Source: Eledone cirrhosa (Eukaryota). From it: a DNA stretch of 64,000 bases. Location: assembly GCA_964016885.1 (NCBI GenBank), contig OZ024741.1, positions 29,946,001-30,010,000 of the forward strand, in the 5' to 3' direction. Below, one piece after another: positions 37,400 through 51,641 of this stretch. A program made the position numbers and the translations under genes. The stretch's first letter is position 1. The number at the start of each line of letters is the position of its first letter. Under the pieces are notes generated by a model, which did not search any database, had not been told where the DNA came from, and saw nothing but the letters and a program-made list of their open reading frames with translations.

Positions 37400-40340
37400 G
37401 TGGTCTTTTCCATCTTTTCCACTCCATTTCAACATGACTTCACTCAGAATAGGCAGCATAAATGCGCATGGCTTGGGGTCGTCATGGTCACTAAACAAAG
37501 ATGTAGTGGCTATCAGCGAGACCAGAATGTAGATAGAGTATTTTGTAGGGAAATAGATAGGTCTAGCATAGGCTGTCCACAATTCAAGATAGTCAGCTAC
37601 ACGTACCACATATTCGTGATCTGTGTGCTTGACTTAGATAGGCTTCATAGATGAGGACCCGGCTACTGGAAGCTAAATGCGTCTTTACCAGCGCGCAAGG
37701 CCTACAGAGACCGGATTAGCGAACTAGTTAAGCGGGCGTTGATGGGGACCATCGTCAACAACAAGTGGTGGTTTGCTCTGAAAAGAGCGATTAGAATAGA
37801 GTCCATTAGGTTTAGTAAGGCTTTAGCAATAGAGAAAAATAGAGCAGACGAAGAACTAGTTAGAAAATTAGATGAAGCGCTTAGCAAAGGCATCGCGACC
37901 GACGTACTTGAGGCGAAATTTAACCTTGACCAATTCTTCAATGCAAAGCACGAAGGCTGCGTTGTCAGAGCTACGGTGCGTGCTCTCAGACACGAGGGGA
38001 CGAAAGCCGTTCAATGGGCCCGAGTGGCGGAGGCGCGTCGTGGCAACAAAGCCACGATCCGGTCTTTGGTGGACCACGACGGGCGCATGCTACTCGATCC
38101 CAGGCAAATGTGTGAAGCTTTTCAGCGACACTTCGCACAGCTGTTCGAGGCAGCGGCGGGCCGGATTGAGAGATGGTCGTTAGTGTCTACCTCGACGGAC
38201 TGCCGCGGCTCTCGGCCACTGAGGCAGAATGTTGCGAAAAGCGTATAACAGCCGCTGAAGTACGGGAGGCAATGACAGGCTGCACAAAGAGTAAATTGCC
38301 TGGTTTGGATGGTCTGCCCTATGAACTTTACGTACAGATGCCAGACTTGTTCGGAGGCCTCTTGGCGGACGTCTATTGCAACTGGCAACAGAACGGGAAA
38401 ATTCCCAGCTCTGTGAGCCGAGGAGCTGTGGCGCTGCTGAGAAAGGTTCCGAACAAGGGGGATAACATAGATAATTTCAGGCCCATAACTCTGCTAAACA
38501 CAGAGTTCAAGATTTTGGCCAAGGTGCTAGCAAAGAGGTTGGCGCTTGTCGTTGGTGGTCTGGTCGGAGAGGCGCAGACGTGCGCCAATCCCGACAGATC
38601 ATCCACGACAACCTCCACCTCATGCGATACATCGTAGAGAGGGTAGCTAGGGAACCTGGCACGGGTGGGTCATTGATCAATTTAGATCAGTCGATAGCTT
38701 TCGATAGGTTCGACTATCGTTACCTGGCGGCAGTCCTGAGGGCGGCTGGCTTTGGGCCGGTCTTCAGAGGCTGGATCGCTGCCATGCACAGCGACAATTG
38801 CTCTGTGGTGAGAGTGAACGGTCACCTTTCTGAACCGCTCAACATCATGCGCTCGGTCCGCCAAGGATGTCCCCTCTCGTCCCTCTTGTACGTATTGACT
38901 GTCGCGCTATTACTGCACAAACTGGATACGTTAAGGATGATCCCGCGCGAACTAGGATGCGGAAGATCCGTGTCAGCATATGCGGACGATGTCACCGTAG
39001 TGGTGTCGAACGCCAAAGACATCGAGGCGATAGGCACTACACTAAGAGAATACGAAGCGGTGACACGAGCAATGATCAACCAGAAAAAGTCAGTGGGCCT
39101 GCAGCTCGGCATCTGGAGTGGCAGGTCCATGCCGTCCAATAGCGTCGTCGGGCGCTGGAAACACGGACCAATTAAATTAAAAAAAGGGGTCTGGTTCGTT
39201 CTGGACTTCCAGACGAACAAAAATTGGGACGAGGTGACGAGGTATCTCTCACCCAGAAATGGGGGGGAGAGGAAGCTATCCCTGAAATGTCGAGCGGAGG
39301 TGGCTCACGCGTACATCGCGTCCGTCATCTACTACCGCCTGGCCGTCGTACCTTGTCCTCAGCCCCGCCTGACTGCGCTGGAGCGTTTGCTCTTTCGCTT
39401 TTTGTGGAAAGGACGCGCTCCGATGGTTAGGCGGTCCATCTGATGTCAACACCCGCTACGTGGATGGCTGGGCATGCCGTGGCTGATGATGCGCAGACAC
39501 GCACTAAGGCTACGACATACTCACCTCTTCCTCGACGGTGTTCAGGTGTGGTCGCCGTTTCCTAAACACGTCTTTCCCCAGCTCGTCTCCTTGACGGAGC
39601 TGCAGTCCTGTGTCAATCGAAGACCGAGAGGGAGCGCTTTGAGACTGGAATGTCTTCAGGCGCTCACAGCCTTCGCCCAATCGGGCAATGTGATCGGTTG
39701 AAACTCCACCTTGGCATTCTATAGAGGATTAGTCGAGGGGAAGAGCGATGACGTACTTGGAGAAACTCTAGGCGTCGACGAAAATTAACTAGCCAATCTC
39801 TTCGGAAGGACTTTCGGGCCGGGGCCTATGGACAACTTCCAGAAATCCCTGGCCTGGCAGTGCTACCGAAGAGCTTTGCCAGTTCGGTATAAACTCAACA
39901 GGCATGGAGGTGCCATCAGCCTGGCATGTCCGAGATGCGCGCAGAGGGACGAAACCTTCCTCACGTACTCGTCCAGTGTCCGAGCATTGCTGACTTGTGG
40001 GTTAATGTCGAACACCTGCTGTCACGTGTAGGACGGATCTAACTATCAGCTGAGTCCATCGTGAGGATTGCCCCGCTCTCTTCCTTTAGCCGGGAAGGGC
40101 AGGCAGTTTTTATCTGTCTGGTGGCCATGGCGAAAGAGATAGTATGGTGGACGCGTTTGAAAGGGCTGAAGACGAGCACTTACCTCTTAGGTGATGCCCT
40201 GATTAACTTTTTCAAATTTCATTTGAAAAGGAAAATCAGGGTATAGAGGGAAGTTCTCTCTTCCCACGATTTTGTTGAAAGATGGGTGAGAGAAGCAAGT
40301 ATGGCCCGAGTGAATGGGCCTACTCTGAGTATGTGTCTGT
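37400..40340 (+). pseudogene. LINE ORF2 (endonuclease mostly deleted, RT, C-terminal Cys motif)
   Basis: GYWKLNASL, KLPGLDGLPYE, NFRPITLLNTEFKILAKVLA, LDQSIAFDR, VRQGCPLS, YADD, CPRC..DET. Confidence 0.92.
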
Positions 40341-40602
40341 AAATTAAAGGTGGGAGAGGGCATTTGCCCTGGTGGTCTGGGTCACTGTGGCCTTTTACTG
40401 GGCTTTCTCCACAAATGTCCCTCGGAAGTCTCCCCCCTATTGTTAATTTTTCATTGATATTTTTTGTTACATCCTGTTTGTGTTTATTTTACACGCAGAA
40501 ATGCCCATTTGTACCGTCCTGTATTGTCCTGTACTGTCCTTAATGTATACTTTATGTAAACTGTTGTCGTTAATAAAGAACACATTATTATTATTATTAA
40601 AA

Positions 40603-40722
40603 ACGGTGGATTGGCAGTATCGGTAGAGAGTTGGACGCCATGCTTTGCAGCATAGTTATATCTATTTACAGTCCGAGTTCCAATCCCGCCGAGGTTAACT
40701 TTGCCTTTCATCCTTACGGGGT
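40603..40722 (+). mobile_element. SINE S1, 5' part
   Basis: ggtggattggcagtatcggtagag...gagttccaatcccgccgagg. Confidence 0.85.
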
Positions 40723-41163
40723 CATCTGAATGAAACAGTACTAGTCCTGTAGAAGCTCCTTCTATAAAATAAAAACATTTTACTCTGCCATGTATTGAGT
40801 ACCTTACTTATTGTGGTTATCCCCGACTCAACCCGGGACCTACGTATATATATATATATATATATATTTATATACACACAAACACAAACACACACATATA
40901 TATATATTCTATTTTCTACTAGTTTATTTTTCACCTAATTCTGTTTAGTTGACTGTATCTGGGCGATTAAGCTGTCGAAATATTCGATAAATATTCCGCT
41001 GTGGCCGACGCGAGGGCTAGTTTTGGTTATTTGTCGGAGATTTCTTCATAGAAGCCTCATTTTTATATAGTTAATTATGGTAATTGGGAGAGGAAATGGT
41101 ATATATGTTATCTTGTGATTCTATAGACATGGCTTATGATATATATATATCTATCTATATCTA

Positions 41164-41258
<95 letters not shown>

Positions 41259-41263
41259 ATCTA

Positions 41264-41306
<43 letters not shown>

Positions 41307-41310
<4 letters not shown>

Positions 41311-41433
41311 TTAATATAGATGAGATTCTACAGGACTAGAACTGTTTCATTCATTAGAAATCATCATGATTCCTGATGATTTCTAATGAATGAAACAGTT
41401 CTAGTCCTGTAGAATCTCATCTATATTAAAACT
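41307..41433. repeat. Perfect 60 bp-arm palindrome built from an HHR-bearing repeat
   Basis: Arms 41307-41366 and 41374-41433; right side reads CTGATGA-tTTC(taat)GAAt-GAAA-cagttcta-GTC; related to 40728-40845. Confidence 0.85.
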
Positions 41434-41499
41434 GTTATACTCTGCTATGTATTGAGTACCTTACTTACTGTGGTTACCTCCGATTCAACCCGGAATAAC

Positions 41500-41716
<217 letters not shown>

Positions 41717-41778
41717 TATATATAATATATATATATATAATATATATATATATAATATATATATATATAATATATATG

Positions 41779-41910
41779 AAGGCGTGTGGCTGAGTGGTCA
41801 GAGAATTGGATTTGCAATCGTGAGGTTGTGAGTTCGATTCCTGAACCAGGCGATGTGTTATGTCCTTGAACAAGACACTTTATTTCAAGTTGCTTCTTCT
41901 ACCTGGAGTT
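41779..41910 (+). mobile_element. CORE-like tRNA SINE (S2)
   Basis: gtggctgagtgg, gagttcgattcc, tgtccttgaacaagacacttt. Confidence 0.8.
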
Positions 41911-42152
41911 GCGACCGATAGATATTATTACCAATTGGAAAGACCAACGGTCCGATTTGACGAAAGTCGATCGTTTCTAGATATTTATATATATATATAT
42001 ATGTATATATATAATTATGTATATACTAACACTTTTTATAGTTATGTATATTTCAAACCATAAACAGTGAAGGTCAGTAATTTATTACTACCTCATTACC
42101 AGTAAGATAAATAGCTCAATGTAATAACATCAGTTGTTCTACAGCATTTATT

Positions 42153-42198
42153 CACTTACAATTGTTTCATCCAAACCTAGGCTTGAGTCTTCGGAGCA
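42153..42198 (-). ncRNA. HHR, U4C core variant
   Basis: Reverse complement counterpart of 44166-44212. Confidence 0.68.
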
Positions 42199-44165
42199 TT
42201 TATCAATGTTTGTACACATAATTCACCTCCTTTCCAACGCAAAAGACATACAGATACATATATATATATTGATGTACAGTGGAATTACATATATTATACT
42301 ATATTATTTCTATATAGCAATTCAAATTCAAAATCAAAATCAAAATTATAATTAAAACAAAATTAAAACAAAATTAAAATACATTCGGCAGTTAACACAG
42401 ATAATGCAAGAAGATAGTTTGTTAGTCAGATGTAGTAGTTAGTGTATGCGTTAGTTACACGTGGGGCATGCAAGTGTGTCTCATTTATATATGATTATTG
42501 TGTGGCAGGGTGCTACATGTAATGCAATCACTTTAAGCGGGTAAGTAAGAGTATTATGGTGGTTGTAGTGGTAAGGTATTTTTTGTATATAATAATAAAG
42601 TATGTGTGCAGAAAAATAAAAATAAAACGGAGAAGCAAAAGAAAGTTATGGTTTTTGTATCCACCACCATTTTCACATTCAGGAAAAGTAATAAAAATTG
42701 TTTACATCCATCACATAAGTAACGATGATTCCGTATTGGATGTTAGATGCATTAAATTAAATTATTTTAGCTTATTGCGGCTCAGTGTTATTTAATCCAA
42801 ATTTATAGAATAGATTGATTCTGCTGCGAGAATTTACAGCGGTTTATTATCCGGAAGTATGTGTGTAATTAAGAGGAGTTAATGCGTAAGGGGAGGTAAC
42901 TAGCTGATTTCCATAACTAAATTCATTGTTCTAACATACATTATAAGGCGCCTTAATTGAGTCGCTTATATAGACGGTTATATATTTATATCCAGTTTCC
43001 AATTTTAAATACAGTCTACTCTATCATGAAGTACTAAAGGTATCTATATTAGGATGATTACTCCCTATCATAGAGTGCTACAACTGAATACTCCATACAA
43101 AGAGCCATATCTTTATATCAATGTTCACTACAAATGTAGTCTATTCTCAGAACATGTCAGGGGACCTATTAGAATTATGTCTACATAACCCCTGGTAAGT
43201 TCTGGAGCAGCGTATGGCTGTTTGCATGGCAAAGCCAAATACATCTCTAGGGCAGACAAATACATCCCTCATTTACAATGTCATTAATCTATCCATCAAG
43301 TTATACTTGCATATATAACTCACATACTATTCATACATAATTCATTGCACTCAACATATAAGTTAGACAGATCTCTTATGTTAATAAATTAATCATATAT
43401 ATATCCAATGTTATCACTCCATACATATAAATACAATTGCATATATAATTCATTGTCGAATCTGGTATTTAAAGCTTATATAGACTCCCCTTAATTACAC
43501 ACATACTTCCGGATAATAAACCTCTGTAAATTCTCGCAGCAGAATCAACCTATTCTATAAATTAGGATTAAATAACACTGAGCCACAATAAGCTAAAATA
43601 ATTTAATTTAATGCATCTAACATCCAATACGGAATCATCGTTACTTATGTGATGGATGTAAAATCATGGTATTGATTTTCCTGAATGTAAAAATGGTGGT
43701 GGATACGAAAACCATAACTTTCTTTTGCTTCTCCGTTTTATTTTTATTTTTCTGCACACATACATTTTTTATTATATACAAAAAATACCTTACCACTACA
43801 ACCACTATAATACTCTTACTTACCCGCTTAAAGTGCTTGTATTACATGTAACACCCTGCCACACAATAATCATATATAAATGAGACACACTTGCATGCCC
43901 CACGTGTAACTAACGTATACACTAACTACTACATCTGACTAACAAACTATCCTCTTGCATTATCTGTGTTAACTGCCGAATGTATTTTAATTTTGTTTTA
44001 ATTTTGTTGTAATTTTAATTTTGATTTTGATTTTGAATTTGAATTGCTATACAGAAATAATATAGTATAATATATGTAATTCCACTGTACATCAATATAT
44101 ATATATGTATCTGTATGTCTTTTGCGTTGGAAAGGAGGTGAATTATGTGTACAAACATTGAAAAA

Positions 44166-44212
44166 TGCTCCGAAGATTTCAAGCCTAGGTTTGGATGAAA
44201 CAATTGTAAGTG
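44166..44212 (+). ncRNA. HHR, U4C core variant (CCGAAGA)
   Basis: TGCT-CCGAAGA-t-TTCAAGC(ctag)GTTTGGA-t-GAAA-CAATT-GTA-AGTG; palindromic ACAATTGT. Confidence 0.72.
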
Positions 44213-44328
44213 AATAAATGCTTTGAACATAGCTTTGATTCTTGTAAATTCTATATGTATATATATATATATGTATGTATATTTATATATATATGTATAT
44301 ATATTATATATATGGAGGAGGTGTATGT

Positions 44329-44404
<76 letters not shown>

Positions 44405-44913
44405 GTGTATGTATATGTGTATGTATACATGTATGCACACCCGTACTAACATCTCCCTCTCTCTATATATAGGTTGATTACTCTCCAAGATAACAAATTC
44501 ATATCAGTTTTGTAATATAGATCTTTATGTAACCTACGTAAGTTATTATATAGAATAACAAACACCTCTTACAACGAAAGTAAGAACATCGATGACACCA
44601 AAAAAGATTAATCGGAAATCCCCCAAAAGAATAGATAATTTTTAAAGATCTTGCTTGTTTTACACTTTTCAGTTTGACGCCAAAGATGGCGTATGGTTTA
44701 TGTCGCCTAATGTTAATCTTCATTACACTATGGACCATACATTAAATATGTTATCCCCACTTCTTAAGAAAAAAGATTCATACCATTGTCTTTATAGACA
44801 ATTCGATGCCTCTACGTCCTTAAATTCATGACCCACACGTATACCTACTCATTCAAATACATAAACATGCTCTCTCTCTCACCCCTCTCATTCTCTCTCA
44901 CTATCTATCTTTC

Positions 44914-44960
<47 letters not shown>

Positions 44961-45014
44961 CTCTCTCACCCTCTATCACTCTCTTTCATACAAATACATA
45001 CAAACACACACACA

Positions 45015-45057
<43 letters not shown>

Positions 45058-45479
45058 GTATATACTTTGTTTTTAACTAACACTATCACGCTATAAAGCT
45101 GCAGGTTCAACCCGTACTGATAAATGTCGATATAATTTTACTCCAATAAACACACATACATGCATACATACACATATACATACATACACACATAAATGCA
45201 TACATACATACACACACATATATAAACACATGCATGCATACACACACACACACATACATGCAAACAAACATACATACATATATACATACATGCACAGTTA
45301 CATATATATACACACATGCATTCATACACACACACGTATACATACACATACATACATTCATACACACACATATACATACATACAAACATACCTACATACA
45401 TACACACATACATATTTTTCGTCGGCAGTTTTGTTGGTGCCATAGAAGGTATATGCTAAGCATGGGATAAAATATAATA

Positions 45480-46400
45480 GTACTCTATTTATCGCAAGAC
45501 TACACAATAGTATAATAATCTCTAACTGATCTTCACATTTATCAATTGTTGTAAATGAAATCTTGAAGGCAGTTTTATTTAATCTTTTTATACCTTAGGT
45601 AAGATGTTGAAGTTATGGATAATCCTTCGCAGGATTCGAAATGTGATCATGTTTTCGACAGACAGGACCTATCGATTTTCTAGTCCTTATTTCTCTTTAC
45701 GGTATCTTTAAAAGGAATAGTGAACCACCAATGACAGTTTATTTTTCAAAGCATCCGAGATTTGTCCATGGAAAAAGTTAACCTGAATCCGAATATCTGG
45801 CCCGTATACAAGGACCCCGCGATTGTCGTAAGGCTGTAAGAGGATTAAGGCAACTATCCACAATCTCAAATCGGATAGCACCAGAACAATGTTGCTACAC
45901 ATTTCTTTCATTGTTACAACAATTCTGAGATCGAATCGCCCAACATTGGTGTTTTATTTTATCGTCAGTGTAGTCTCGCAAAATTCCACTTTCACAAATC
46001 CCCCAATACTTTAATCCTTCAAAACTGGCACTCTTCGAAAAGCCCAATGAAACAATGCTTCTTTCTCCAACGAAACTCTTAACCCCCCCCCCCCACCCCC
46101 ACCCCGCACCCCGCACACATTATAAGAACGCCATACCAATAGAGAGGCATATCTGCTTAAGATCTCCTCTGATTGTATCTGTTATTATTTCATTCGTTTC
46201 ATCCATAACATTACTATTCACACTATTTGAATATTAACCCCTGCGAGCTGCATATATTTATTTTGGCCATTAGAAAAAATAAAATGTTTCACTTTCGAAG
46301 AAAGAGTGACTCAACAAGTAAAAAAAAGATGACTTCGGAAATGGTAAGTTCCTGACCAACAGCCTCTTATCAAACCAATAGAGACGCTTCCCCTCTACAA
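45480..46400 (-). pseudogene. Old LINE-like fragment
   Basis: 46150-46370 is homologous to 55015-55340; outer limits uncertain. Confidence 0.45.
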
Positions 46401-46658
46401 ACCAACATTAGTTTCCCTAGCTATAGGAACAGGAAACGCTGCGCCGCCATAGGCATAGAGCCTGTCATCCTCTTCCCTTTCTCCTCTCTTTCTTCTATGG
46501 CCTAATAAGCCTTGCTCTTTCCCGCTTTTCCCCCTCATCTATGACATTCATAGACCTTTCCTCTACTTTCCTATGTACCCATATCTGCCCTTCTTTTCCC
46601 CTTCCCACATTTTTTTCATTACCTAATTTTGTTTTTACCCTTTGTTTCATATTTCCAT

Positions 46659-46850
46659 CATTGTATAACTTCTGTTTGTAAAATATAGTTGTCATAATAT
46701 GTTTATATATAACAGATAACAAAATATTTCTTTCATTGTATAACTTCTGTTTGTAAAATATATTTGACATAATATGATTATGTATAAAAGATAGCAAAAT
46801 ATTTCCTTAATTATATAACTCGTGTCTGTAAAATATAGTTGACAAAAATA
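46659..46850. repeat. 76 bp minisatellite, about 2.5 copies
   Basis: ttgtataacttctgtttgtaaaatata recurring with period 76. Confidence 0.8.
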
Positions 46851-47469
46851 TATGTAAAATAGGTGAAAAGGTGTTTGAAGACAATATTGTATAGTAAAAT
46901 AGATTGAATAACAACATGTGACAGGGAAATTTAGTATTGATGAATCAATTTAGTATTGATGAATCAAGCCTGCAATGAAAAGCTTTCAGCCCATTATCAT
47001 AACATGTATTTTCAGCACAGTGTCTTCTGGACTGCACCGATGTAAAGGATGTGGTTGCGATTTAAGGGAAATTTCACTGTTATTTTTTACCACAGCCACG
47101 TAGACACGTACTAGTTGTCTCGTTGCGAGTTGCATTAACTATATGAAAACATTGAATAGTTGATTTATAGCAAACTGTATTCCGACCATGGCAATTATAT
47201 CGTTCTAGTGACATATCATGGACTGCATTATCCAATGGGCAAGGTGTTAAGAAGATCATTTAACTGATATCTCTAGTAGGTTGTGTGATCTCATAAATAA
47301 TTATCGTGTAATCAGTTTAGGAGTTGAGTCAAATAGCAAATAACTAATAAATAAGATGACACAACTGTGCAGAGAAAGATAACGAATCTTTAACTCTACA
47401 ACTGCATAAGTTTGTAACATTTAATATCTGCTTTGACAAAAATCGGTTGTAGCATATATAGACGTATAC

Positions 47470-47544
<75 letters not shown>

Positions 47545-48174
47545 ACTATCTTGATTCTTCAGCAATGAATTCATAAGGCTAGACCTGAAGTTGAGTACAG
47601 TTAATTCAAAACACTAGAAAGTGTAACGTACATTTCATGTACGAAGATCTTCAGGTCTAAAGGTGGATCAAACCGAAACATTGCTATACATCAGGATACT
47701 GTTCCATGTCCAGATGTGAATATTTGTATGATATACGATGGCATAGCGACGCATCTCACCATCTCTCTTCACATTTGAAAATCATGAAACTGTGAAACCG
47801 GTAAATTTATATGATATTGTAAACGACATGTTATGATATAGGTACTAAGATGATATGCGTTTCTGCTGGACCAGAAGTAGTATAGGTTTTAGTTATTGAT
47901 ATGCATGGAGATGTGTTATGGGTGACAGATTATATGGTAACGTTGTTAAGATATAGGTGTATGAAGAACATTTGCTAAGTCAATGGATAGTGTTCGATTG
48001 AAAATATTTTGTGTTTATAACAGAATGTTTAACAATAATGGATATGTATAAGTATATATATACACACCTTTATACATACACACCTATATACATACACACA
48101 CCTTTACATACACACACACACATACACACGCACACATACACAAACACGCGCGCACACATACACACACACACACC

Positions 48175-48214
<40 letters not shown>

Positions 48215-48291
48215 TACACACACGCGCGCGCGCATATATATATAAACAACCTTAACTCGAATATCAAATTTTGAAACGTGAGTGTATTAGA

Positions 48292-48766
48292 ATTTGTAGG
48301 AAAATGAAGCTCTGCGTAAGGAAGCTGTTAAAACAGCAAAAGGCGTTGGGGGTAAACCATTACATTGAAGGTCAGAAACTAGTGGCTCGAAGTGAGTTTG
48401 TTCGAAGAATTGATAGGAACGCAGAAGCAAAAGCAGATTAGATCACAAACATTAAATTACCCTCATCAGATTTCAGACCCCTGCAGTTTCAGCGATTTAA
48501 CTGAAATAGCTGCAAATAATAGCTGGCTCGGAACAACGGAGAAATAAATATCTTCGTTGGTATAATGTTTGTGTTTAGACAGGTCAGAGAGAGAAAAATA
48601 GAGTGCTCCACTAGACCTTCAGCCGTCACCAGACAGAAACAACAATGGCACTGATTGCCGCTGATTTCTGTCCTTCGAGATAATGTTTTACCCTCAGCGC
48701 CGTTTAGAACGCATTGGGCTGTTTTAACAGCTTCCTTACACCGAGTTTTTCCATTTTCCTACGAAT
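48292..48766. mobile_element. MITE-like element with about 45 bp TIRs
   Basis: atttgtaggaaaatg..gtaaggaagctgttaaaacagc / gctgttttaacagcttccttac..cattttcctacgaat. Confidence 0.65.
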
Positions 48767-48869
48767 ATATATATATATATAATTAGAAAGTGTACAACAC
48801 ACAATATAACTACTCCATTACCAAATGTTTTTGGATCATAGACGATAATAATATACGTCTGGATCAGCC

Positions 48870-50830
48870 ATCAGACAGATCGGTCGTCAGATAGCTCTCC
48901 TACCCTGGACATCTCCCTCTATACCGTCATCCCTCATGATGACGGCCTCCGCGCTCTCCAACATTTTTTAGATTTACGCCCTACCCCTTACCCCAGCACT
49001 ACCACCCTTCTCCGTCTTGTTGAGCTTGTTCTCACCCTCAATGGATTTTATTTTTCGGGTGAATTTTATCAACAGATCTCTGGGGTAGCGATGGGAACCA
49101 GAATGGGTCCAAACTATGCCAACTTGTTTGTTGGCTACGTCGAAGCCCAGATCTTCTCCCGGTACGCTAGACCGACTTCTGAGCTATACGGTCGTTATAT
49201 CGACGAATGTATCAGCGCAACCTCTCTATCACGAGAACAGCTTGACTGTTTTCTTTCTTTTGTCCAGTCTTTCCATCCTGCTCTCATTTTCACTGCCTCC
49301 GTCTCCGATTCTTCTGTCGCTTTTCTAGATATCTCTCTATCTATTAATCACTCGCACCATACCCTCCCTACTTCCATCTTCATTAAGCCAACAGACACCG
49401 AATCTTACCTCGACTTGACCTCCTCCCATCCAACCGGCACCAAACACTCCATACCCTATTCCCAATTCCTCCGTCTTCGTTGACTCTGTATCAAGGCCGA
49501 CGATTTCGAAACCCATTCCCTTCGCACGGCTTGCTGCTTCATCCAGCGTGGATATCCCCCCACCGTCTCACCTCACCCTCGCTCCCAACACCCGTGTTCC
49601 TTTCCCTCTCACCTACCACCCCATCACCCTACCACTCCGGCGATATATCCTCCGTTCCTCCGTATCCTCTCTTCTAACCCCGTCACTTCTTGCTTTTTTC
49701 CAAACCCACCCATTACTGCTTTTAAGAGCTCCCGCAACCTCCACGACCTCCTGGTTCGCAGTTCCATTTCCTCCTCTCCCACCACTCCACCCGGCTCTTA
49801 TCCTTGTTCCCATACCCGTTGCAACACTTGTCCCTTTATTTCCACCCTCACCACTCTTACAGGCCCTAACGGGTCTTTCTGTATCCGACATTCCTTCACT
49901 TGCACATCCACCCATGTAAACTATGCCCTCCGGTGTTCCCTTTGCGGGTTTTTATATATCGGACAAATGGGACGCCGTATGGCCGACCGTTTTGCCGAAC
50001 ATTTAGGGACATCAAATTCGGTTTGGATACTCCTGTCGTCCGTAATTTCTATTCTCCTGGTCATTCTCCTATACATGTTTCCGTCCTGAATGTCCTTTCA
50101 CATCATGGATCACAGGTCTCCGGCACCAGGGCTGAACAAAGTCTGATTCACCGCCTTGAGTCCTATGCCTCTCTTGGAATTAACTCACCTCCCCAATTTC
50201 TCTAATTATCACACCCCTAGATTCCTATCGCTTTCTCTTGATCAGCAGCAGCTTCTCTTACAACTAATACACGCCGACTATATATGCACACTCCACTTTT
50301 CCCTTAACTGCTCTGTATACACACATACACAACCTTACCTTCGTACTTACATGCAAACATACTCTTTTACTCACATATACACACACGTTTCTTCTTAGCT
50401 TCGTACGGACGTATAATAACACACCCATACACACACACATACACACACAAGCACACATACAAACACACGCTTACGCATGTGTACAAGTATAGCTCTTTTT
50501 ACAAAACGTTTTTTTTCCATTTCAGGTAGACGCGCTCCATCATCCACTTTTCTAAAAAAATAAATCATTCACAAAATGTTTTGCAAGAGATAAATCATTC
50601 ACCAACAGTTTTGCAAGAGATGTCAACATGAATAGACTTGTTATTTTTATCTAAAGACATTCTTCCCAATTACATCCCGCCCGTCCTCTCAATCTATCTT
50701 ATTTCTCATTCTTTCTTCTGAGGAAGGACTAGCGTCCGAAACGTTAAGACCCTCTTTTTGCTATAACAACCGTTAACCTAATATATCCCTACCATATACT
50801 GTACTGATTGTGTTGTTATTTCTGTTCAAC
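48870..50830 (+). mobile_element. 5'-truncated Penelope-like element family F (RT + GIY-YIG pseudogene about 48900-50205, then pLTR)
   Basis: DISSLYTVIPHDDG, QQISGVAMGTRMGPNYANLFVG, RYIDEC, FLDI..KPTD, CSHTRCNTC, YIGQMGR. Confidence 0.9.
50714..50749 (+). ncRNA. Minimal type I hammerhead ribozyme
   Basis: tctt-CTGAGGA-A-GGAC(tagc)GTCC-GAAA-CG-TTA-aga; palindromic AACGTT. Confidence 0.8.
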
Positions 50831-51241
50831 TTTTAGAAAGTGTTCGAAGGCTGCATTATGTAGCGGCCGCATTTTGTTTGTTCACACCGGTTTGAGGCAG
50901 AACAGAATCCCTGTTGATGAAATGAATCCTCTGTTCGATCATGGAATACCACGAGCGTGCGTGTTACGTAAGTTGGATAAATGATTTGGTATTCATAGAA
51001 ACACTTTAGACGTATATCGTTTGATTTGTCCAGGTGTATCTTTTTAACCTGTTAGTTCTTTCGTTACTTTCGTATTGTGTGGTTGGGTTTTGCCTACCGC
51101 AATGTTCAATTTGTCAAGCTATTTAAACGTATGTTATTACTCTAAGGACCTACCCTTATTGAGGGCTTTACTAACTCATTCCTATTGTAGGTCGACTTTG
51201 CTTGACAACAGCCAAAGCTTCGATTTTACTAAGCTCCCACT

Positions 51242-51441
<200 letters not shown>

Positions 51442-51610
51442 CATATATACACATATTACCTGCATTTACCTGATGATTAGTCTTCACAAAAACGTTACAT
51501 GGATACGTTTCCTTGAATTAGGATATCTTAAACATGTACGTAAACACACACGCACACCTGACTTGAAAGAAATGTAAAAGTTCAGTTGGTTGACGCCAGA
51601 TCCTATATAA

Positions 51611-51641
<31 letters not shown>

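Larger units (their letters stand above)
35290..40590 (+). mobile_element. Tx1/L1-clade LINE, decayed
   Basis: ORF1 with zinc knuckle, ORF2 with RT; bounded by (ATT)n runs. Confidence 0.85.
42135..44229. mobile_element. Large fold-back: about 745 bp inverted arms (42135-42879, 43484-44229) with an HHR at each outer end
   Basis: Arms are near-identical reverse complements; 600 bp non-coding spacer. Confidence 0.88.

Noticed and set aside
41779-41850. tRNA gene (also 7728 and 61160)
   Set aside because: A and B boxes run into a CORE-like SINE body; no complete cloverleaf
47620-47660. Minus-strand CTGAAGA..GAAA motif (similar weak cases at 5535-5575, 27200-27250 and 48460)
   Set aside because: Stems do not pair adequately; too degenerate to call
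51466-51500. CTGATGA..AAAACGTTA as an HHR
   Set aside because: No convincing stem II or stem I and GAAA is absent; at most a relic
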